Assembly (NCBI GenBank): GCA_025456175.1
Contig: JALOLC010000008.1
Coordinates: forward strand, 1 to 53,484
Direction: 5' to 3'
DNA: 53,484 nt
Source of the DNA: Acidobacteriota bacterium
Lineage (GTDB): Bacteria; Acidobacteriota; Aminicenantia; UBA2199
The notes beneath the pieces are model-generated. The model was not told the origin of the DNA and made no database searches. It saw only the letters and a list, made by a program, of their open reading frames with translations. Numbering within the stretch: position 1 is the first letter of the stretch; every line of letters starts with the position of its first letter. The translations under genes were made by a program, and so were the position numbers. This document shows, one piece after another, positions 26,998 through 35,323 of this stretch.

Positions 26998-27687
26998 ATG
27001 GCCAATTGCCTGAACTGCGGGGCGCCACTGACCGGAACGCTGCTGGTGTGCGATTATTGCAAGACCCGCCAGGATGTTGACCTGGCGGTGGTCCACCGCT
27101 TCACCGTCGAGACGCCCAGGTCGGCTCGGGTCTGCCCGCGCTGCCATATTCCCCTGCAGACCGTCGACCTGAGGCTGAAGGAGAAATTCCTGATCGAGCG
27201 CTGCGAGCGCTGCCTGGGCCTGTTTTTTGATCCCGGCGAGCTGGAGGCTTTCCTGGAGACGGCGGTGACCAACGTCCATGCCATTGATCCCCAGCGACTC
27301 AACGAGGTGCAGAGCGTCAAGCGCAACCACGAGTACCCGGTCAGCTACATCGACTGCCCGGTCTGCCGCCGGCTGATGAACCGCATCAACATCGGCTCGC
27401 GCAGCGGCGTCATCGCCGACCAGTGCCGCAACCACGGCCTCTGGCTCGACGGCGGCGAGTTGCGCCAGATCATGGAGTGGATGAAGGCGGGGGGCGGGCT
27501 GGTGCAGAGGGAGAAGGAGCTGGAAATGGCCAGGCTGGAGCTCGAGCAGGAGAAGAAGAAACTGCAGTTCGGCAGGATCGACCAGGCCTTCTTCCATACC
27601 CGTCCCGAGCCTGAGCGCAGGGACCTCGAACTGGACGTCCTGCCGCTGATCGGCAGATTGCTGAAGCGGATCTTTCGCAGGGAATAA
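26998..27687 (+). CDS. zinc-ribbon (zf-TFIIB-like, two copies) domain protein with coiled-coil tail
   Basis: CLNCGAPL...CDYC, CPRCHIPL...CERCLGLFFDPGELE and CPVCRRLM...CRNHGLWLDGGEL. Confidence 0.6.
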   Translation: MANCLNCGAPLTGTLLVCDYCKTRQDVDLAVVHRFTVETPRSARVCPRCHIPLQTVDLRLKEKFLIERCERCLGLFFDPGELEAFLETAVTNVHAIDPQRLNEVQSVKRNHEYPVSYIDCPVCRRLMNRINIGSRSGVIADQCRNHGLWLDGGELRQIMEWMKAGGGLVQREKELEMARLELEQEKKKLQFGRIDQAFFHTRPEPERRDLELDVLPLIGRLLKRIFRRE

Positions 27688-27709
27688 TTACTTTACAAAA
27701 GGAGGGGGG

Positions 27710-28930
27710 ATGAAAAAAAGCGCTTTTTATTTCCTGATGGGCATGGCCATCGCCTGGGGATGTGGCGTGACGTTTGGCCAGACCCCGGGGGAGACGGCCA
27801 ACCTGCTGTCGCTGCAGGAGGGGACGCTGCCGGTGGTGGAACCCGAGTGCTATTCTGGCTGGACGATCGAGGCGCTGCTCGACGACAGCGCAACGTCGGG
27901 CTGGGCCTGCACGGAAAACAAAACCAAGAACAACGTCTTCGTATTCGAAATGGTGGCGGCGGCCACGCTCGAGCGCTTCGAGTTCGATACCGCCAGCATC
28001 GACGAGGATGGGGCCGGGGCAAAGGACGTAATGGTCGAAGTCTCCGCCGTGAACAAGGCGTCGGGCTTCCAGTCCGTCCTGCAGGCCAGCCTGGCGGCCA
28101 AGGCCGACCGCCAGTCGTTCAGGGCGGCCAAGCCGGTCAGCGGCCGCTGGGTGCGGCTGACGGTAAAAAACAACCAGGGCAACGCTTCGTGGACCGAACT
28201 GTTCGCCTTCCGCGGCTTCGGCGTCAGGCCCGCCGCCGTGCCGCCGGCGGGAAACGTTTCCGGCACCTACGAATCCACCTACTCCAAGTTTCACCTGCGC
28301 CAGCAGGGAACGGCGCTGCAGGGTTGCTACGAGTCCAACGAGGGCCTGCTCGACGGCACCATCGAGGGGCGGGTGATGAAGCTCACCTGGCGCGAGAGCG
28401 AGGCCAAGGGCCCGGCCGTGATGGTCTTTGCCGCGGACGGCAGAAGTTTCCGCGGCTACTGGTGGCGCGAGGGAGCGGCCGACCAGGCGCCTCACGGCCG
28501 CTGGGACGGCGACAAGCTTGGCGACGCGGTCGGCGGCTGCCCGCACTGGTCGGGCTCGCTGGGCGGCGAGGTAAAAAAGAAGCTGCTCAGCGAGGGGCGG
28601 GCGCGCGTCTACGGCATTCTCTTCGACACCGACTCGGCCGTCATCCGTTCCGAGTCCAGGCCGGTCATCGACGAGGTCCTGGGCGTGCTCAAAAGCGAAC
28701 CGGGCTGGAAAGTGACCATCGAGGGGCACACCGACTCGACCGGCAACGCCGGCCACAACCTCACCCTTTCGCAGCAGCGGGCCGACTCGGTCAAGGCCTT
28801 CCTGGTGGCCGGGGGCATCGACGGCAACCGGCTGAAGACGAAAGGCTTCGGCGCCGGCAAGCCGGTCGCCGACAACGCCAGCGAGCTGGGCCGCGCCCAG
28901 AACCGCCGCGTGGAGCTGGTCAGGGAATAG
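27710..28930 (+). CDS. OmpA-family peptidoglycan-binding protein with N-terminal sugar-binding-like (discoidin-type) domain
   Basis: Signal peptide. C-terminal TIEGHTDSTGNAGHNLTLSQQRADSVKAFL...NRRVELV OmpA_C motif. Confidence 0.75.
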   Translation: MKKSAFYFLMGMAIAWGCGVTFGQTPGETANLLSLQEGTLPVVEPECYSGWTIEALLDDSATSGWACTENKTKNNVFVFEMVAAATLERFEFDTASIDEDGAGAKDVMVEVSAVNKASGFQSVLQASLAAKADRQSFRAAKPVSGRWVRLTVKNNQGNASWTELFAFRGFGVRPAAVPPAGNVSGTYESTYSKFHLRQQGTALQGCYESNEGLLDGTIEGRVMKLTWRESEAKGPAVMVFAADGRSFRGYWWREGAADQAPHGRWDGDKLGDAVGGCPHWSGSLGGEVKKKLLSEGRARVYGILFDTDSAVIRSESRPVIDEVLGVLKSEPGWKVTIEGHTDSTGNAGHNLTLSQQRADSVKAFLVAGGIDGNRLKTKGFGAGKPVADNASELGRAQNRRVELVRE

Positions 28931-28942
28931 AAAGGAAAGGAC

Positions 28943-29043
28943 TCGGTATACGGTGGACGGTTGACGGCGGGCGGCAGCAGCGATCCTCGAACTAGAGCGG
29001 TGAATGGCAATGACCGTAAACCGTGTACCGTAAACCGTAGGCC
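28943..29043. repeat. ACGGTNN-heptamer hairpin element
   Basis: TCGGTAT ACGGTGG ACGGTTG ACGGCGG GCGGCAG faces GACCGTA AACCGTG TACCGTA AACCGTA. 4-5-bp helices are separated by 2x2 mismatches. Confidence 0.65.
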
Positions 29044-29119
29044 AAGCTTTGATGAATCGCGGTATTGATTTTCGGCGGCGTTTGTCCTACCATGGCTCTT
29101 TTCAAGACGGAGGAAGGCC

Positions 29120-29770
29120 TTGAACGTAATCGACCTGACCCGGTTCATCAGCAGGACCATGCCGGTGTTTCCGGGCACCGAGCCGCCGCGCCTGGAAGAG
29201 TCATTCACCATCGAGCGCAACGGCTTTGCCGAGAAAACGCTCCACCTCGTCTCGCATACCGGCACCCACATCGACGCCCCCGGCCATATCCTTCCCGGAG
29301 CCATTCGCCTCGACGGTTTTCCCGCCGGCCGCTTCCTGGGGCCGGGCGTCGTTCTGGACGCCTCGGCCGTACGCGGGCGACATGTTGAAATCGGCGATAT
29401 CGCGGCGGATGAACCACGGCTGCGCCGGGCCGACTTCGCCTTGTTGCACACGGGGTGGGCCAGGCACTGGGGCGCGGCCGAATACTTCGGTTCCTATCCG
29501 GTCCTTGCGCCTGCCGCCGCGCAGTGGCTGGCCGCCATGGAGCTCAAGGGTTTCGGCGTGGACGCCATCTCGGCCGACGAGGTCGAATCGTCCGCCCTGC
29601 CCGTCCACCGGGCGCTGTTCGCCAGGAACATGCTGATCATCGAGAATCTGGCCGACCTGGGGCCATTGCTCGGCAAGGAATTCATCTTCTCCTGCCTGCC
29701 GTTGAAGATCGCCGATGCCGACGGCTCGCCAATAAGGGCAGTGGCTATGCTGGACTTGCTGACGAAGTGA
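29120..29770 (+). CDS. cyclase family protein (kynurenine formamidase-like)
   Basis: HTGTHIDAPGH motif. TTG start lies 6 nt after GGAGG. Confidence 0.75.
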   Translation: MNVIDLTRFISRTMPVFPGTEPPRLEESFTIERNGFAEKTLHLVSHTGTHIDAPGHILPGAIRLDGFPAGRFLGPGVVLDASAVRGRHVEIGDIAADEPRLRRADFALLHTGWARHWGAAEYFGSYPVLAPAAAQWLAAMELKGFGVDAISADEVESSALPVHRALFARNMLIIENLADLGPLLGKEFIFSCLPLKIADADGSPIRAVAMLDLLTK

Positions 29771-29776
29771 CCCGTA

Positions 29777-29872
29777 CTCGGTGTAGGGTGCAAGGTGCAA
29801 GGTGAAGATGCTTATTGGATTTCTTGTCCTGTCTTTCCACCTGGCACCTTCTACCTTACACCCTGTGCCGAG
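29777..29872. repeat. GGTGCAA-heptamer hairpin element
   Basis: GGTGTAG GGTGCAA GGTGCAA GGTGAAG faces GCACCTT CTACCTT ACACCCT. The stem covers 28 positions: 22 WC, 4 G.U, 2 mismatches. Confidence 0.75.
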
Positions 29873-29880
29873 AACGCTGT

Positions 29881-30705
29881 TTACTTCCTGACCCTGCCTC
29901 TGACGTTGCGGATATCGACCTCGCCGCTGCCGGCATCCTCGATGGTGACGTCCTTTTCCACGCCGTCGATTACGATGTTGCCTGAGCCGTCGTCGATCCG
30001 CACCGAGCCGCGGACTCCGCGCAGATCGATCTCGCCGGAGCCGTCGTCAACGACGACGTCGCCGCCGGCGTTCTTCAGCTCGATGTCGCCCGAGCCGTCC
30101 TCGATCTCGACATGGCCGGCAATGTCAGACAGATCCAGGCCGCCGGAACCGTCTTCGATCTCCACCGCGCCCTTGACGTTGGCCAGCCGCAGGTCGCCGG
30201 AGCCGTCCACGATTTTCACCGGACCCGCGATCTCATCCAGCATCGCGTCTCCCGATCCGTCATTCAGGTCCAGGCTCCCGCCCAGGGAATTGATCGTGAC
30301 ATTCCCCGAGCCGTCCTCCACGCTGAGGTTCATGCTGCGCGGCAGGCTGACATCGAGGTCGATGCGGGCTTCCCGGCCGCCGAAAAGCTTGTCCAGGAAG
30401 AATTTCTCATCGATCTTGGCCAGCAGCACGGCTTCGGAGCCGGTCTTTTCGAGCTTCAGTATGACGTTCTCCTTTCTGAATTCCGCAAGCTCGCCCATGC
30501 CGATGCCCTTCACGCGAAGCATGGCAGTGACCTCGATGCGCTGCAGCCCTTCCTTCCCCTGGACTTTCAGGTAGCCGGCCCCGCAATCGATGCGCATGGC
30601 CCTGCAGCCCGACGCATCCAGCGTCAGCGTCTCCCGGCTCTCCGCCGCCTGGACCGTTGCCAGTAAAAACAGGAATATCAGGCAAAATAAAGTCGTTTTC
30701 TTCAT
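29881..30705 (-). CDS. DUF4097-like beta-solenoid repeat protein (putative adhesin), secreted
   Basis: Signal peptide MKKTTLFCLIFLFLLATVQA. About 8 repeats of the form ...V.I.DGSGDI.L... GAGGAGG RBS lies before ATG 30705. Confidence 0.7.
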   Translation of the reverse strand: MKKTTLFCLIFLFLLATVQAAESRETLTLDASGCRAMRIDCGAGYLKVQGKEGLQRIEVTAMLRVKGIGMGELAEFRKENVILKLEKTGSEAVLLAKIDEKFFLDKLFGGREARIDLDVSLPRSMNLSVEDGSGNVTINSLGGSLDLNDGSGDAMLDEIAGPVKIVDGSGDLRLANVKGAVEIEDGSGGLDLSDIAGHVEIEDGSGDIELKNAGGDVVVDDGSGEIDLRGVRGSVRIDDGSGNIVIDGVEKDVTIEDAGSGEVDIRNVRGRVRK

Positions 30706-30812
30706 GGCAGCCTCCTCAATAGTAAACAAACGCATTGGCAAGGCAAAAAGTTCGCCGCCTGCCGCCTATCTTGAACCGGGAACCGTGTTCAGGAGATGCC
30801 CCTGGCAAATCC

Positions 30813-31832
30813 CTAGGTTGAAATCCCCTGCATGCCCGAAAACTTGTCCTTTGCCAGAAGCGACCATGACAGCGCGCCGCAATAGCCGCTCAGCCTGGAT
30901 GCGGCCACGATCGCTTCCGGGGAACGCGACGAATTGCGGGTCGGGAACTCGCCAAGGAGCAGCGGCCGGTCGAGGCCCAGCTCCGCCACCGGCTGTTCCA
31001 GCGGTGCCACGCTATCCCAGCGGTCGTACCAATGCACCTGGTAGAAGTCGAGACCGCAGCCGCGCACCAGGGGCAGGCCGGCGGCGTTGCCCAGGCCGAC
31101 GGTGGCGAGATGATCGCTATGGCGGTGAACCAGGCGGGCCACTCTCCGGATGAAGCGGCGCATGGCCGGGAAGGAGACGGCGGGCCCGATGCTCCCCCCG
31201 CCCCAGCCGCGGGTGGCCCACTCGGGCTCGTTGATGATGTCCCAGGCCAGGATGGCCGCTGAGCGGCCATAGCGCTTCAGGAGCGGGGCGAGCACCCGCC
31301 GGCGCAGGGCCAGCTGCTTGTAGGTGTTGGTGATGACCCTGCTCCTGCCGCCGGTCTGCACGCCGTTGAACATGGAGGCGGAGTCGAACCAGAGGAAATC
31401 GAACAGCACGAAAACCACCTGCATCTCCTCACGGACCACGGCCTCCAGTGCGCAGTCGATGTCGCTGAACAAGCGCTCGTCGGGCCCGAGCGGCGTTCCC
31501 GCCCTGCTGAAGCGGATGCCGGCGCGGCCGTCGCAGAAAAGGAACCAGCGGACGACGCGGGCGCCGCGTTCCCGCAGGGCGCGCAAATGGCGGCGCAGGT
31601 CTTCCTGCTTTCCGGGACTGGCCAGTCCGCCTGCCGGGCTCCAGGCATTGGCGCCGAAGTCGTTGCCGTAGGAGAGCCAGGGGAGGTTGGCTCCCTCGAG
31701 GAAGGGCAGGGGGGCGTCCTGGCCCCTTTTGACCAGGGCGGGAGGGGGCGCCGCCGGCGCACGGAATAGCCTTCTCCAGGCCCGGTAGCAGCGCAGCCGC
31801 AGGATGAAAAAATACTTGAGCAGGACACTCAC
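30813..31832 (-). CDS. glycoside hydrolase, GH5-like TIM barrel (tentative)
   Basis: WDIINEPEW (acid/base NEP) and LLLGEFP (nucleophile-like). GTG start. Confidence 0.5.
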   Translation of the reverse strand: MSVLLKYFFILRLRCYRAWRRLFRAPAAPPPALVKRGQDAPLPFLEGANLPWLSYGNDFGANAWSPAGGLASPGKQEDLRRHLRALRERGARVVRWFLFCDGRAGIRFSRAGTPLGPDERLFSDIDCALEAVVREEMQVVFVLFDFLWFDSASMFNGVQTGGRSRVITNTYKQLALRRRVLAPLLKRYGRSAAILAWDIINEPEWATRGWGGGSIGPAVSFPAMRRFIRRVARLVHRHSDHLATVGLGNAAGLPLVRGCGLDFYQVHWYDRWDSVAPLEQPVAELGLDRPLLLGEFPTRNSSRSPEAIVAASRLSGYCGALSWSLLAKDKFSGMQGIST

Positions 31833-31838
31833 GGCCGC

Positions 31839-31867
31839 ATTGTAGGCGAAGAAGCCGTGGTTATCAA
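31839..31867 (-). promoter_or_regulatory. sigma70-type promoter, leaderless layout
   Basis: Minus strand reads TTGATA (31867-31862), a 17-nt spacer, TACAAT (31844-31839), then 6 nt to GTG 31832. Confidence 0.5.
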
Positions 31868-31876
31868 GAAGCGATT

Positions 31877-31995
31877 CAAGGGAAGAGAGAGGGAAAGCAG
31901 AGGGAAGACAGAGTGAAAGAAAAAGAGGTGTCAGCGGAGCTTTTTTGGGCTCCAGATTCCCTCTCTCGCTTCTGTCTTCCCCTTGTTTCTCTGAG
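31877..31995. repeat. polypurine / polypyrimidine inverted repeat
   Basis: 31878-31928 is 48/51 purine and 31957-31992 is 33/36 pyrimidine. Two perfect 11-bp complementarities: 31885-95 with 31957-67, and 31902-12 with 31971-81. Confidence 0.7.
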
Positions 31996-32009
31996 TATCG
32001 CCTGGATCA

Positions 32010-32038
32010 TTGGTTCCGGACGTGAAGTAAGGTAGAAT
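32010..32038 (+). promoter_or_regulatory. sigma70-type promoter, leaderless layout (M16 gene)
   Basis: TTGGTT (32010-32015), a 17-nt spacer, TAGAAT (32033-32038), then 6 nt to ATG 32045. Confidence 0.5.
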
Positions 32039-32044
32039 GACTTC

Positions 32045-34624
32045 ATGCATATCGATATCCCGTTCCAGAAGTACGTCCTGGAGAACGGCCTGACGCTGAT
32101 CGTCCACGAGGACCGCAAGGCGCCGATCGTGGCCTGCAACGTCTGGTACCATGTCGGCTCGAAGAACGAGAAACCGGGCCGCACCGGCTTCGCCCATCTC
32201 TTCGAGCACCTGATGTTCAACTACTTCGAGAATGTGCCCACGCCCGCCTGCGACCTGGCCTTGTGGCTGGAATCGGACCGCATGGGCCATCTCCAGGGCG
32301 CCGTCAGCCAGGCCAAGCTGGATGAGCAGCGGGGGGTGGTGCAGAACGAGAAGCGCCAGTACGACAACGAGCCCTACAATGTCGCCGAGGAGCTCATCGC
32401 CAAGGCCTGCTTCCCGGCCGGCCATCCCTATTCCTGGACGGTGATCGGCTCCATGGCTGACCTGCAGGCGGCCACCCTGCAGGATGTCCACCAGTGGTTC
32501 GCCACCCATTACGGTCCCAACAATGCCGTGATCGTTATCTGCGGCGACATGGACGCCCAGACGGCACTGGCCAAGGTCAAACGCTATTTCGGCGACATCC
32601 CGCCCGGCCCGCCCGTCGCCCGTTATGAGGCCTGGATCGCCAAGCGCAGCGGCGAGCAGCGGCAAGCGGTGGAGGACCGCGTTCCCCAGGCCCGGATCAT
32701 GAAGATCTGGAACGCGCCCCAGGCCTTCAGCGCCGAGAACGACCAGCTGGGGCTGGCCGCGCAGCTGCTGGGCTCGGGCAAGACCTCGCGCCTGTACAAG
32801 CGCCTGGTCTACGATGACCAGATCGCCACCGACGTGGCGGTCTACGTTGATACGCGGGAGATCGCCGGGCTGTTCACCATCCAGGCCGACGTCAAGCCCG
32901 GGGTGGAGATCGCCGTGGTGGAGCAGGCCATTGATGAGGAGATGAAGCGCTTCCTGGCGTCCGGCCCCCAGCAGAAGGAGCTGGACAAGGTGCGCATGCA
33001 GTGCCTGGCGCGTTTCGTCCGCGGCTGCGAGCGCATTGGCGGCTTCGGCGGCAAGTCGGACATCCTCGCCCGCAGCCAGGTATTCGGCAGCAGCCCCGAC
33101 GCCTACCGCCGCACCCTGGAGAACATCGCAGCGGCCACGCCGGCCTTGATCAGGGAGGCCGCCGTCCGCTGGCTCTCCGACGGCGTCTACGTGCTGGAGA
33201 TCCGCCCTTATCCCGAGCTGGCCGCAGGCCGGGAGACGGTGGACCGCAGCCGCCTGCCCGAACCGGGTCCGGCGCCCGCCGTGCAGTTTCCCGAGTTCCG
33301 GCGCTTCACCCTGGACAACGGCCTGAAGGTCATGCTGGTCGAGCGTCATGCCGTCCCCATGGTCCGCCTGAACCTGGTCCTGGACGCGGGCTTTGCCACC
33401 GACCAGACGGGGATCGCCGGCACGGCCGAGCTGGCCATGGCCATGCTCGACGAGGGGACGACCCGGCGCAGCGCCCTGCAGATCAGCGAGGAGCTGGCAC
33501 TGCTCGGCGCCGGGCTGGGGACTGGCTCCGACCTGGACACCTCCGTGGTGTCGCTCTCCTCGCTGAAGGAGAAGCTCGATGCCGCCCTGGACATCTACGC
33601 CGACGTGATCCTGGACCCGCAGTTCCCGGAAGCCGATTTCCAGCGGCTGTTGAAGCTGCAGATCGCCCAGATCCAGCAGGAAAAGAGCTCGCCGTTCTCC
33701 ATGGCCTTGCGCGTCCTGCCCAGGCTGCTGTACGGATCCGGGCACGCCTACGGTACCCCCTTCAGCGGCACCGGCTACGAGGACTCGCTGGCCAGGCTGA
33801 CCCGCAGGGAGACGGTCGCCTTCCACCAGGCCTGGTTCAAGCCCGACCATGCCACGCTGGTGATTGTGGGCGCGACGACGGTCGGGGAGATGAAGCCCAG
33901 GTTGGAGAGGCTGTTCCAGGGCTGGCGCCCGGGGCCGATCCCGCCGAAGAACATCGCCGCCGTTGTCCCGCGCGCCCGGCCGGCCGTCTACATCATCGAC
34001 AAGCCCGCCTCACCCCAGTCGGTGGTCATCGCCGGCCAGCTGGCGCCTTCCTCGGCCGATCCCGAGCGCATCGCCATGGAGACCATGAACTTCATCCTCG
34101 GCGGCGACTTCGTCTCGCGCTTGAACATGAACATCCGCGAGGAGAAGCACTGGAGCTATGGCGCCGGCTCCTTCTTGTCCGGCGCCCGCGGCCAGCAGCC
34201 GTTCATCGCCTATGCCCCGGTGCAGGGCGACAAGACCCGGGAGACGATGGTGGAAATCCGCAAGGAGCTTGAGGGCATGCTGGGCCAGAAGCCGATCACC
34301 CAGGATGAATTCGCCAATGCCAAGAAAAGCCAGACCCTGCAGCTGCCGGGCTACTGGGAGACAATGGCGGCCGTAGAGGGGTCCCTGGTCGAGATGGTGC
34401 GCTACGGGCTGCCCGATGATTATTACCAGCGCTATCCCCAGCGGGTGCTCCAGCTGCAGGTTGCCGACCTGGACCGCGCCGCGCGCAAGGTCATCCATCC
34501 CGAGAACCTGGTTTGGGTGGTGGTCGGCGATCGGACCCTGATCGAGCCGCCGATTCGCGAACTCGGCTATGGCGAAGTCTTCGTCATCGACAGCGACGGC
34601 CAGCCGTCCAGCAAGCAACAGTGA
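32045..34624 (+). CDS. M16 family (pitrilysin/insulinase) zinc peptidase, fused double-module form
   Basis: HLFEHLMF (HxxEH) inverted zinc motif. 859 aa with two M16 halves. Confidence 0.85.
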   Translation: MHIDIPFQKYVLENGLTLIVHEDRKAPIVACNVWYHVGSKNEKPGRTGFAHLFEHLMFNYFENVPTPACDLALWLESDRMGHLQGAVSQAKLDEQRGVVQNEKRQYDNEPYNVAEELIAKACFPAGHPYSWTVIGSMADLQAATLQDVHQWFATHYGPNNAVIVICGDMDAQTALAKVKRYFGDIPPGPPVARYEAWIAKRSGEQRQAVEDRVPQARIMKIWNAPQAFSAENDQLGLAAQLLGSGKTSRLYKRLVYDDQIATDVAVYVDTREIAGLFTIQADVKPGVEIAVVEQAIDEEMKRFLASGPQQKELDKVRMQCLARFVRGCERIGGFGGKSDILARSQVFGSSPDAYRRTLENIAAATPALIREAAVRWLSDGVYVLEIRPYPELAAGRETVDRSRLPEPGPAPAVQFPEFRRFTLDNGLKVMLVERHAVPMVRLNLVLDAGFATDQTGIAGTAELAMAMLDEGTTRRSALQISEELALLGAGLGTGSDLDTSVVSLSSLKEKLDAALDIYADVILDPQFPEADFQRLLKLQIAQIQQEKSSPFSMALRVLPRLLYGSGHAYGTPFSGTGYEDSLARLTRRETVAFHQAWFKPDHATLVIVGATTVGEMKPRLERLFQGWRPGPIPPKNIAAVVPRARPAVYIIDKPASPQSVVIAGQLAPSSADPERIAMETMNFILGGDFVSRLNMNIREEKHWSYGAGSFLSGARGQQPFIAYAPVQGDKTRETMVEIRKELEGMLGQKPITQDEFANAKKSQTLQLPGYWETMAAVEGSLVEMVRYGLPDDYYQRYPQRVLQLQVADLDRAARKVIHPENLVWVVVGDRTLIEPPIRELGYGEVFVIDSDGQPSSKQQ

Positions 34625-34708
34625 AAAGTAAATGGTGAAAAGAAAGAGGGGCTGAAAGATTTCGGTGAAAATTACCCTGCATTTCACTTTTCACTATTCA
34701 CTTTTCAC
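34621..34708. repeat. GTGAAAA-heptamer hairpin element
   Basis: GTGAAAA GTAAATG GTGAAAA G faces TTTCACT TTTCACT ATTCACT TTTCACC. 22 positions: 20 WC, 1 G.U, 1 A.C. The first GTGA contains the M16 stop. Confidence 0.8.
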
Positions 34709-34765
34709 CAGGCAAATGAACTTATTTCCCCAGGAACTCGTTCATTTAATGAACCAGGAGGCAAC

Positions 34766-35254
34766 ATGACCGATACCAAGGATCTGCGGGCAAGAATGGC
34801 GGCACTGGCCGGTGGGGCCGTACTCGTCCTGCTGGGCGTGCTGTTCCTGCTGAATAATTTCTACCATTTTCTGGACATCCGGCGCACCTGGCCTCTCTTT
34901 ATGCTGATCCCGGTGATCCCCTTGGCCATCCAATGGATTGAGAAGGGCAGGGCCGCGGCCGGGGCCGTGATTCCGATCACGATCCTGACCTTTTATTGCG
35001 GCCATTTCCTGTGGCTGGCCCATTCGTCTTGGGCGGCAGCCGGTACCTCCTGGCCCAACTACCTGATCGGTCCGGGGCTGGGCTTCCTGTTCCTGTTCCT
35101 GATCGAGCGCCGGGCGGGGCTGCTCGTTCCCGCGTTCGTCCTGCTCGGACTGGGCACGGCCTTCTACAGCGGCATTTACGGCAGTTCCCTGCCGCTGGGC
35201 GGGTTTCTGGTGCTGGCCGGTGTTATCCTGGTGATCGGAAGCAGGAAAAGTTAA
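34766..35254 (+). CDS. hypothetical integral membrane protein (4-5 TM)
   Basis: Hydrophobic segments throughout. AGGAGG lies 5 nt before the ATG. Confidence 0.6.
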   Translation: MTDTKDLRARMAALAGGAVLVLLGVLFLLNNFYHFLDIRRTWPLFMLIPVIPLAIQWIEKGRAAAGAVIPITILTFYCGHFLWLAHSSWAAAGTSWPNYLIGPGLGFLFLFLIERRAGLLVPAFVLLGLGTAFYSGIYGSSLPLGGFLVLAGVILVIGSRKS

Positions 35255-35288
35255 GATAAGCGGATTGTCTGCTGCTTGCCAAGAATTG

Positions 35289-35317
35289 TTGTAGACAAAA
35301 AGTTCTTTTTGTATTAT
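35289..35317 (+). promoter_or_regulatory. candidate promoter of structured leader / small ORF
   Basis: TTGTAG (35289-35294), a 17-nt spacer, then TATTAT (35312-35317), preceded by TG. Confidence 0.4.
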
Positions 35318-35323
35318 AGATTG

